Shown here: one piece after another, positions 41,720-53,518 of the stretch
Layout: each line of letters starts with the position of its first letter
Position numbering within the stretch: the first letter of the stretch is position 1
DNA from: Trichoplax adhaerens
Taxonomy: Eukaryota; Animalia; Placozoa
Length of the DNA: 64,000 nucleotides
Assembly (NCBI RefSeq): GCF_000150275.1
Contig: NW_002060955.1
Location: 3,282 to 67,281 of the forward strand
Direction of reading: 5' to 3'
Program-made: the position numbers and the translations under genes
The notes under the pieces: generated by a model
The model's input: only the letters and a program-made list of their open reading frames with translations
What the model was told of the DNA's origin: nothing
Databases searched by the model: none

Positions 41720-44700
41720 AAGAAAGGTTTAAATATTATATATTAAAGATGAAGGGTAATTTCGCTGATATAGTCAGCCAGATCATTGATATCCTGCTAT
41801 TGATTTTAGCCTGTGGATACTTTATTGATTGTCTTTGTTTAATCAAATAGTTATTATCGGATTTAGTACCACTAATACAACTCAAATATGAATCGATTTC
41901 GAGAAAGCAATTCCAACTAGCTTACGTTAATACTGCTATAATTCAATCAAAATCCTTTCATCAAGAAAACAGTTATATTGTTTCGTTACTTCCTTATAAA
42001 ATCCATACGTTTATTCATTTGATTAATTATCTAATAAATTTATACGACAAATAATGAATAGAGATGTTTATTAGATTAAAATTGAAAAGATTTAATTTCT
42101 ATCAATTTTATACCGTTGCTAGAAGATTGATTCTAGGATATAAAATCAGTACAAACGGAATTCCAGTGTCTTATGTAGTGCTTTAACTTAATCAACTGAA
42201 TATATTATTATATAATTAATTCAAGACAGAAAATTTTAAATTTACCCGCTATCCATTCTACATTTTGGTAAAACAAAACTGTATTTAACGATCTATTCAA
42301 ATAATAGCTAGCTTGTTAGATTAATTATCTTATTCAACATTACCTATAGATTATGCAAATTTGTGTACATGAATATTTTGGCAGTTAAGACAGAAGCACT
42401 TTCTTGATGCTATACTTCTTTAAAGTATACGAAGTGAATTAAATATATCTGTATTAAAATTCTGTGACATTGTTCAAAAAATTTTTAATTTGCAGTTGAT
42501 ATTTGTAAATGACGTTCCAAAGTCAAGTTTATGCTATACTACGTGTTTTCTAAGACATATGTAAATAGCAGTATTAAATTTATATAATGATAATTTTTGT
42601 GATTATTAGTACACGTTATGAAAAGAATGATTTCATCTGAATTATTAAACTGGAGTTTGTAGATTAAATAACTTTACCAGATAGAATTTTTATTGCTCAT
42701 TACAGCCTAATATCATAGCTTACGGTAGCTTTGGGCTATCCGTTTATGTTATGTTATGCAGAACTTATCTAAAATAACACTTCATGACAGATGGGAAAAA
42801 TTGTTTCAGTCAATGATGCACTGAGGTACAAATTGATAATGAAGGATCTTGTACCACAGAATGACTAAATAAAAACATTGAAGTACGCCATTAAGAGTTT
42901 TATTCTTACGATCTCATCTAGTTATTGCTCCTACTAGCTTGATTACACATTCAATGTGGAAATGAGCTGTTCTACAAAATGGTTTGCCTAAAAATGCAAA
43001 CATTTTACCAAACAGCCAATACAGGTGCAACTAAGTAATACAGTATCTTGGTTACTATTAAATCTAAATTATCGTGAAGGTGATTTCATACGTTACATTT
43101 CTCTCCCTATTTTCGAACTACTATACACGTATGTACCATTTGCTTATAAACCCCTTGTTTTATTCGGTATTCAAATAGATTTATATTTATTATCATTTCT
43201 ATTTACTAGTACGGATAAAGATGCATATTCCGCTTGTAATCTCCTTCTTTCTAGAGAAGCTTTTGCTATTTGAGCTATTGCGCGTAATTTGTGTTATTGA
43301 TAAAAGGTGGTCTATTTGTGTTGCATACCATACGTATTCTGACACAATCACATTTTTGTGGGTATGGAGATACGCAGTCAAGTCAATCTAAGCTAGTCTT
43401 GCAATTAACAGCATGTAGGAGTCAAAATTTATTTTAAAGAGGTTTGGACTACGGAGAGAGTACCAGTACAACACTACAACACCTTTTAGATGTTCCTCGA
43501 CTAGCACTCCATTGAAATTATTGAAACCGCTCTGCAACTTCGTTTTGATTATGTTTGTATAACGAAGAATGTATAATTCATTTTTAAGCAATCACGCCAT
43601 CACCGTACTAAACTGCTATGATTAAGTGAACTTCAACACTAAATCAAGAAGTACAGTTTCTTGTCAATTTTACTGTATTACCTATGTTCGGTTCGTCTAA
43701 CGTCTACCAAGGACTATCTGATTATCTGAATTATTAGAGTAAAATTCACGTTTGTATAATATAATTCGTAACAGAATACTTTTTAGCTAGACAATCACAT
43801 CTTGCCAGTGCAGACGCAAACAGTTTAAACGATTCTCCGAAAATCTTGGATCGTAATCTAAGCTATAGTCGGGGCTGCACTACAACTACTAATGTACAAT
43901 ATCAACACCAAGCTTTATCAGATCGACATCATATCGATACAGTAATTTTGTTGATTGCCCAAAGTGGCCCTGTCGATCCTGTAGCTAAATGGCAGAAAAA
44001 GCAATTGCACTCCTATCGCCAGTTTCGAAAGAAAGGATATATTAACTGTGACAGTATGGATTATTTTACACGCTCGTCGAATACAGTACTGTACCTTAGT
44101 GGCGCAGCGTATACTTTCCGCACTTCTGTCCAGCAGTTGCATACAGTACAACGTACTGTAAAGTGGGCAGTATGGTACTGTACTGTACTGCACAGTACTG
44201 TACTGGAGTTCATAGCACCCATAATGGCATTTTTGTTTTTGACCTCCATCAGGTAGAAGTCATAGAACCATGGCGGATTTTACTCCACCTGCATGATTAG
44301 AACGATCAGAACTGCTGCAGAGGCAAAAGAAATGACTCGTTTTTGCTTGTGTGATAAAACAATGTACAGTATACAGTATTGCTAGCAGTTCATTTCATTC
44401 AGTATCCAATGATAGACAATCCATTTAACGTTAGTCCGTGACCGATTGCAGCACTGTCTCTACAGACTGTCAAGTGGACAGTAAACGTATTGGACAAAAT
44501 GCATCACGTTCTATACAAGACATACAGGCTGGCATGATAGTATACCTTACTATACAGTACGGCAATCGGTGACTGTCAGTCCATTATTTGACTTCCAGTC
44601 ATAGCAATAGTGAAAGGAAGAAAACCCACCAGGATAAACATTTCCTTGCATGGTGGGTGAGAGTAATAGCAAATCTTTTACATCGCAGCGTTGTCATTTT

Positions 44701-44934
44701 GTGTTGTAACTGGGATCACTTGCCATTCCATCATTGGGTAACAATCGTCAATGTTATTTCGTTGTTAACCTTTTAAATTGGCTGAATAAGGACTCCCTTG
44801 AGTGGTCCTATTACTATCCTTTCGTTTGCAAAGTTAGACTTCTCGTTGAGGTCGCAACAACTACCTCATTACAAAGTGCATTCGAAACTTTTACTCTACA
44901 ACAACTATACGTTATCGCTATTGGATATATCGGC

Positions 44935-47900
44935 ATGCCAACGATACTGTCTTTCGTAGTCAATATTGAGAAAGATCCTCCCATCTTCTTTCCTGGTCAA
45001 ACCGTTGTCGGCACCATCACCTTGATTTTGACCAAAGCAATCAAGCTAAAAGCGGTGAAGGTGCATATGTACGGTGGTGCTTGCACTCATATACGCTACA
45101 AAGATGGTAATGAAACCAAGATATTATATGACGAAGAAAAAGTAATCGATAAAATGGTAACACTATTTGGTCCAGGTATGTCAATAATGAAGTCTGCTTG
45201 TAAATAAGTTATTCTGCCTGTGTATTGAGTGCTGTGAAATGATGCTGATCGCTAAACCAATAAATAGAATAGGAAAAAACCAATCTTTTACAGCATACGA
45301 GTATACGACTTTTTGCTCCTTGTCATGTACGCAACATATTATTTTTTTTTACCGGTAGTGATGCAATACGGCAAATCTACAGTATTGCTGAAATCGATCA
45401 TGATTCGTACTTTCAGAGCAATTGGCGTACTTACTGCTTTCAACAAACCGTCTACTATCCAGTAAGCATAACTACGAAACACAGGAAGATTGCATGATCG
45501 ACTCTTTTTATGTTATCACGCACTGACAATGTACATTTACTTTTCAAAACAATTCTCGTATTTTGTCTATTGATTGCCGCTCTCTTCAACATAAAATAGG
45601 TAGTGTTGAAGTTAAAAGTTAGCAGATCATTTTAAAGTTAGAGTTACCAAGAACTTGTTGTAGTAAGAATCTATATATTCGATAATAGACAGAGCAGACA
45701 CCCTCTTTCTAAATTTTAGATTGGAGTACATTATCTATTGTTTCATCGTAACGTTAATTGGGCTCTGCCACAAAGATAGATGTGAGTGCAGCAAGTATTA
45801 TGCAGTAGTTAGCTATAGAAACTATTTTTCCTTTAATATAAAGCTTTATCAACGTTTTGTCTTGAATCGAACGCGCTTTAAACTTGGCCAAATTTAAACT
45901 TACATCGATGGCGTCTTAGCCTGATGAGATTACAATATCTCTATCGAAATTATTTTCAAAGCTTACGTTATGTAAAAGAGCATAGTGTCGCTGATATCCT
46001 TTCATCAACATTGACGTATTTACAGTATAAAGGGTATTTTATTTATTCGCCCCCAAACACTAAATAACGAACTTTTTGAAGTATTGCAATATAGATCATC
46101 AAAACACTCAGGAAATCCTTTTTCTACAGCAATATCGTTTTATTGCTGTACATTTCTTGACCAAAATCATTGATCCTTTCCTGTAATGAAGGTCTTGTTC
46201 TTATAGCATTGTTTACTATTGTCCAGTTGATGTGTACATTTGTTTTGTATTAATCGCATGGAACCGTATAAGCATTAGTTATCATTTATATGGATTATTT
46301 TCCGATACTAAACTGAATTACATTGTTAACTGGCATAGCATGAATCCCGTCATCAACAAATTTCTGCACTAGAACGATTATCACATGCAAGGCGAGCACT
46401 ACAATTTCATAGTCGGCAATTTACTATGTAATCAATTTCAATCCTATCATAATAACTGTGTGGCGTGTAACCAATATGGATTCACGAGGCTACACAATAC
46501 TGCATTATTTGAATGGCCGTATAACGCTGATCGGTTTCGCTGAATTATTTCATTATTGGTGGCAATGAAATACTGTTATATAAGAAATGCAACGGTACAA
46601 AATACTCGTAAATCACTCTTAGCCTTATGATAATTGATGCTCTATTGTGAATGAGCAGAATACATAACCATTTTCTATGACAGTAGTTCATGCTTCATGC
46701 CATTATTTAAACGTTAGCTTAATCACTCTTTACCGGCCACAATTTTCCATGAACTATTGAACAATTTTAGGGTTGTTAATTCATCTTGCATAGTCCGCGT
46801 ATCAAAGGCTAATTAAATTTTAGCGATGTGATTCCTGGTGTTATTGTGCTAATGAAGTCAATTTCGGTAGCAGAACATCTTCAACTGCAAATGTTACTGC
46901 ATAATTAAAATGACACGTTGCAAAAATTGGATTGATTGATTTTATTGATACATGGCAATTTTAAACTGTAATCATGTATCTGTTACGGCTAAAGTCGGTA
47001 ATGCAGCCATTAGCGATATTGGCTAGCCAGTTTGATTCTAATTCCTGTAAATTAAGGATAGTACTCAGCATTAGAAGGGTGAAGGTTTTGGTGTGGACTG
47101 TTTACGTATATTATCACCAATGATGACTAGTTACTAAGTTATAATAATATGCATCATTTACTGGTAAATGCAATGACGATGACGATCCAGTAGAGAAGTG
47201 CGAATTCGCGCAAGCACTAATACTCAAAACTTATTGAAGATATAGATTGCATTCTACAGCCTGAGGTGTTATGCGGTTTTGTAGGAAACAATCTGCGACT
47301 AGTAATGCTGCACAATTATGTGGGCCACGTTTTATTCGGCTTCAAAGTTGATTCTACTTGAACAATCAATAAATCAGAAATGCGATATGGATGTAAATGT
47401 AAAACTGTAGTTAGTAAACGGTTTTGCTTTGACTAACTATATTATAATTAACCTTTAACGAATAGAGCAACGTGAAAATGAACAGTATCCAGTAATGCCT
47501 GAAGGACGCTACGATTACAAATTTAGTTTTAAATTACCGAAAACTAAACTGCCATCGACTTATGAAGGTATGAAGGGTAATTATATTCGTTATTTCGTCG
47601 AAGCTTCTATTCACGTTCCATGGAAAAAGTACGAACCTAAAGCACGAAAGGCAATTACTGTTCTCGAACTCGTAGATTGCAATAGAATCGATCTGAAGGT
47701 AATGCAATTTTACTCTCTCAGCCAACTAGTATGAAAAGTACATGTTGTTAAACATATTTAAAACGATTTTAATTAATAAATGGATGAAGTATTTGCTAGG
47801 GTCTTGCCAAAATGTTGTCGACAAACTTTGACTAAATAGATATGTTATTTTATTCGTATACTAATGCCAGGGAGCACCGGAACTTCTCGAAAATGAGGTT

Positions 47901-49355
47901 GTCTTGTGTTGTTGGTGTTGCGCATCAGGTCCTATAAAATTAACTGGTCGGATTGATAAAAAGGCTGTGTGCTCAGGTGAAGATCTTGTACTGATAAAAG
48001 CTGAAGTTGATAATTGTTCTAGTAGAACGTTACATGGCATCAAAATTGACTTTAAGAAAATTGTCAGGACAAAGGCCTCGGGTAAGCCACTGCATAGCAA
48101 GTATCTTATGAATTAAAGTTATTATGTTAGCGATTCTTGAAAAATATTTACGTAAGGCGTATACCAGTAATTGAATTTGAAATGGAATAAGGCAATGAAT
48201 TGCTTTATATATTTAAATGGAATGATAAAATGTTTTTGTCTCCCTCTTCATCATGCTGCAAAGGCCACAAAAGTATTGATGAGAAATCATACTGTAAGAT
48301 GTCTTTTGATGAAGCCGTAGAGCCGCATAGAAAGCTTATGTTTGAAAATATCAAGATCAATATTCCATGTATTGCTCCAACGAATACCTTATCGAAAATT
48401 TTGAAAGTAGAATATGTTTTGCGGGTAAGTGATCTACTTAGCAATGCAATAATTCGCGGAATAGCCAATATTCCTATCAATCCTTAAAGAATAACAAGTA
48501 TGTATATATATGCTGTAGTAAATATTCTTAATAGGTGTTTCTTAAATGTTATGGCAATTATCCTTTATTTAGGTTTATGTAAAGGTTCCGATGGAGCCTA
48601 ATCTCACTATAGATCTTCCTGTTATTGTTGGAACTATTCCTATTCGTATAAAAACTGGATTACCCCGGAATGCAGCCGCCGCAGCTGGCCCCAGTATAAG
48701 TAAGTCACCATTGCAAGAATTAGGCCCTTCGCAGTTAGATAATGCAATTACGCCAATAGCAATGAAACAAACTGCTGTTGCTAAAGAGACTAACGCTAAG
48801 CAAGATCCAGCTCCTCCAGTCAACCGAGCTTATCAATCAGTCACAGAAGACTCTTGCATTTATTGCGCCGCAGGTAATTAAATGCATGTATTAATGCCTT
48901 TATTACAATATACAGGTGCATCTATTTAAATTATGATAGGCATACATGCAATATCATCATGTTCTATTATATTTATGGTGTCGTTTATCAGTGTAACTAC
49001 ACGTATTTTTTATCGAATTGTACTTAGGCTATGCACAACTAGGCAACAAATCACAAAATCAGCTACAGACATCGCCTTCGAGTAATTCCTTGCACGATAC
49101 TATCCGCGGTATTGAGAGCTCTTTTATTTCTTAAAAAATTCATAGATCTACTAACTATGCGTATTAATCCTATCATTCGTTAAATTTATATTTTTTTTAT
49201 TTACTATAGATCACTTCGCCGATGCGTCTGATATTCCTCCGCCCACATATGAACCTTGTATAGATGGCACGGTTGACATCAAAGGTGGAGATGGCGATTA
49301 CGTTGGTGATACACTTTTTACCCCGTTATATCCAGTTTTTCATCCTGTTACATAA
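44935..49355 (+). CDS. Alpha-arrestin E, ~457 aa, with PPPTY motif
   Basis: Exons 44935-45175, 47466-47698, 47871-48081, 48264-48424, 48573-48873, 49028-49108 and 49210-49355 (sum 1374 nt, open). Motifs: FFPGQTVVG, PEGRYDYKFSFKLP..LPSTYEG..YIRYFVEASIHVPWK, LCCWCCASGP, LPVIVGTIP; tail IPPPTYEPCIDG..FTPLYPVF. Confidence 0.9.
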
Positions 49356-51174
49356 TGGAAGAGATTGCTTATCCTTCGTCTGCAAATTCGTGTTGCAAAA
49401 TTCAAATACAATCTATCGCAATTCAATTTAAATTACTAGGCTTGGAGTCATTTGAAAATTATGAATTTCGTATGGTTGACCATGAAAAAGGAAACTGTTA
49501 CGCGTAGCGTTCTCGAATTAAATTAATGTTCTTTATGGTCGCTGCTATTTCGGAAAGAATTTCCGTTTGTATTCTTGTAAGCAGTGATTCAAGGAAAAGC
49601 TTTTTTATTATAGCGGAATATAATGTAGGTAAAGTGATACTAAAAGCCTTTTAATGCATATATCTAATACATAAACTTAGAGCCATCCCTCCGATCAAAG
49701 TATTTTACGATTTACGCTATATGTATGTTATCATGAAGTGGTAATTAAGTTGTCACAGATTATATGAAATACATTGACGGTATTGGTACTGTTTTTGTAC
49801 AATTTGTCGTGTATATTAAGCTCCAGGTTGCATGTTCTTTACTAAAATTGCCTCAGTATTTGTTACTAGTGTCCATTATAAAATTTCTTGTTGCAGGCTA
49901 GTGCTGAATGTCTAAAATTGGCACTAATTAATGACTATTGCTCCGCACGGTTATAATTTGATGCTAGAGACATTTATCAATGTTTTCAACCACTAAATTC
50001 TATGGGCATAAGAATTATTACTGCAAGCGTTGACATACTGTACAGTACTAGCTCCGTCGATACTTACAATATATATAAAATGATACATATCTGTAATGAT
50101 ATAATGTATATCTAATTATACGATTATTGTGTACATGAGTATATTTCACTATTTGAAAGCATAATTGTTGTTTTTTTACAATATTCACATAGCGTTCTTT
50201 TGATTTCATTATATTAATGTTAAGAAAACAGCTGTACAGTGTACAGTACATGCTTTAATTTCTGCTAGAAACGATGTTTTGGTTATCATATACAGTATAA
50301 CCTATGTCATTGTAGACACTACGACAGAAGTAAGAAAACTTAAATATTTGTAACTATGATAATAACTGTTGAAAATTTCAATTTGTAATGGAGTAGACTG
50401 ATGAGACTTTCTTTACTTTGTAAATGCATAACATATTGATGTCGTCATTATTCACAATGTAAATGCCTGAATAGTTTTAACTCTTTCGAATTTATGTCAT
50501 AAAGGCATAAGTATGTTCGTACACCGTATCGTTGTTAGGATTAATTCGTAACGATGATTTGGTATTATCGGAGTGATGCTTTGCTTATGATATCGTATTA
50601 ATTGATTAATTAAAGCGCATTTGTACTGTACTAGAGAGATGTTCGAAATTCTTACATCTCGATATCTCCATGACAATTACGTACTGCGTGATTCATTGCG
50701 TCTAAAAAAGTAGATAGAATTCTTCTCTTCATGGTGTACTCGACGCAATATGAGTACATTGTCGACTGTCACGCTACCCCTGTCGCGACGAGTACTGTTA
50801 TACTTGTATATATATAGATTGTTAGCAACTAGTGAGATACCTAATTTATAAGAGTACTCCAAGGTCAGATCGTGTTCTGATCATGGTAAATTTTATGTTG
50901 TATGCGTGCTCTAACTTATTTTCAAGTAGAGCTTGAAGTCATACTAATATCGATATAAGAATATACTATACGACAAGTGAAATTGTCTATCCGTATTAAT
51001 ACCCATAGACAAGTATATGCTGTAGCTACTCGCGAATTGATAGGAGTTACGAAAGCGAGTTACTTTTGAAATAAAGAGAGTTCTAGTTTCGATATTCGTG
51101 GAGACTGGTGTCTGCTTAAATGCCATTGGAAGCAGTTTCTATGATACAAAAAGTGATTGCGATATCAGCATAGG

Positions 51175-52090
51175 GTACGTGTGCATTACGCCGTAAGTAG
51201 AGCTATTCGCCATTCTCGAAGACTGCACAAACAAACACCCTGGTCTGGGCTATAGAAATGGAATTGTGGCAGTGTTATATGCTGTATGAGAGTAAAAATA
51301 TCTATGTTAGGATAATTCTGTTAGCCTGTCCTTATTTTAGTTGACTTCTAAGTTATGACTCATGAACTATTGAGGACGAGTATATAAACGCAATATAAAG
51401 TGTAATAACGTTATCTCTTACACTGAGTGTTTAACGTAAAATACGAAGCGTCCAAGTCTTTGTGTAGTTTGCTAGTAGAGTAAAAGTGTTCCTAATAGTA
51501 AAGAAGTCGTTCCTTGATACGTGGTTCAAGGAATTGACTTATAGATCGTACATTACGTTATCTTGTTGCAAAGCTGTTTGTGGCAGGAATGTAGATCATA
51601 ACTGTACATTCTCCATAATCTACAATATGAAAACTGTATGAGTTTTCTTTCTTAATCTTTCAGATCGTTAGAGTAAGTTTCATTTCATTTGGATGGATTG
51701 TGAATAGAATTAAGAATATCCATATTATTAATATCATAAGTGATTGCAATATTAGCCTACTGTACGTGTGCATCACACCGTACGTATCACTATCCACCAT
51801 TCTTGAAGACAGCACAACTACCCTGGTCTGGGCTGTAGAAATGGAATGTAGACCATCATTGCACAGTACATTCTCCATAATCTACAGTACAGTATGAAAG
51901 CTGTAAGTGTTTACTTTCTTCAGCTTTCAGATCGTTAGAGTAAGTCTCACTTCCTAAGCACCTTGGTCTGGGCTATTGAAATGGAATGTGGACCTTATTC
52001 ACTGTATATTCTCCACAATCGACAGTATGAAAGCTGTCAGTGTTTTCTTTCTTAATCTTTCAGAGCGTTGAAATAAGTTTCATTTCCTTG
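51175..52090. repeat. Imperfect local direct repeats (two overlapping modules, 2-3 copies each)
   Basis: GTACGTGTGCAT...CCCTGGTCTGGGCT.TAGAAATGGAAT occurs at ~51175 and ~51762. GGAATGT...ATTCTCCA.AATC.ACA.TATGAAA.CTGT...CTTTCAGA.CGTT occurs at ~51586, ~51843 and ~51982. Confidence 0.85.
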
Positions 52091-52364
52091 GGAACTAGAC
52101 CGAGTTATGGGGACAGCTAATTATAGACATGATAGAATTTAGAATGTCAACAAGAATAATGATGAATATATGATATAAAATATCGATAAGCGTGATCCTT
52201 TTACAAAACTCTGCGCTTTACATTGCCGTACTGTACTGCACACTGTACAGTACTGTATAGTAGTTTTAGTACAGTATTGTACAGTACATTGTATTCATTT
52301 ATTCTAGTGTACTGTACACTGTACAGTACAGTGCGACGATAGTGCTGACGCACTCACACTATTG

Positions 52365-52783
52365 ACAGCTGGTGATCTTGCTGAGTCTTCTCGTCTCAAT
52401 CATTGACTTGTAGTGTAGAAGTATCTAGAAAAATTTTGAATGGAAAACCTTTCAGAACAACTTGGCTGGGCTGGTTCCAGTCTTGTACAGCTGGTGATCT
52501 TGCTGAGTCTTCTCGTCTCAGTCATTGACTTGTAGTGTAGAAGTATCTAGAAAACTTGGAGGTATTCCATCGAATGGAAAACCTTTCAGAACGACTTGGC
52601 TGGGCTGATTCCAGTCTTTTAGGACAGTACAGTACAGCTGGTGATCTTGCTGAGTCTTCTCGTCTCTGTCATTGACTTGTAGTGTAGAAGTATCTAGAAA
52701 ACTTGGAGGTATTCCATCGAATGGAAAACCTTTCAAAACGACTTGGCTGGGCTGATTCCAGTCTTTCAGGACAGTACAGTACA
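52365..52783. repeat. Tandem array, 147-bp unit, 3 copies (the first shortened to 122 bp)
   Basis: ACAGCTGGTGATCTTGCTGAGTCTTCTCGTCTC occurs at 52365, 52487 and 52634. Copies 2 and 3 are nearly identical. Confidence 0.95.
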
Positions 52784-53518
52784 TTCTATTCTACAGTATA
52801 ATATTACTGTACTGTACACTGTAATGCTTCCAACCTGTCAGCAAATCCCCTTGTACAGTACAGCACGTACATACAGTACTATTAGGCTGCGGGTTAGGGT
52901 TAGCGGAAGGGAGCTGGTTGTGTTCAGCAGACCGTTGGATTGGGTAAGACGGTGTTATTCACTTAATTAATAGCGGTTTTTGACGCCATATTGGGAGATA
53001 GCCAAAGGAACACCTAGTTGTCGCTGATATTGGGGCAAAATCCAACTAGTCTAGCCAGAAGAGCATCGCTTGAAGGGAGATTGCAACCTTGGTTGCGTAT
53101 TATATCCTACAGACGGTCCGATCTCGTCCATCCAGTTTTTGCACGTAATCTCATTGAATACCAGTTTGCTGTTAGGAACAATCGCCACCTCGATCGTAGT
53201 ACTGTAGATGGGTATTGAATGCTTATTTGTCATCGTGATTGGTTTCGATTTTAGTCTTAAATAGGAACGACGGGACTGTAGGAGGGAAAAGCTTGGACAC
53301 AAGTCATTCACTCTGCCATTTCTAATTCAAGATTGTTCAAGGTGAAATTCTATTTTGATCGCTAGATTAGCAATCAATACAAGTATACTGCGTGCAATCT
53401 CTTTTGCAGCGTAATTTGGCAGCCTACAAGTTTGTTGACACGACGTTGTACAACCATTTGGACGTTTGCTAGCGTTTACCTGACTACTACACTCATCATT
53501 GTACATCTTTTTCCAAGA

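Noticed and set aside
43846-44256. Three overlapping ORFs (136, 91 and 62 aa)
   Set aside because: By-products of the low-complexity TACAGTA tract (Y/S/T/V/Q/C-rich).
44734-44934. N-terminal extension of arrestin E (and likewise 53432-53518 for F)
   Set aside because: These start at non-ATG codons; paralogue exon-1 lengths place the true starts at ATG 44935 and 53519.
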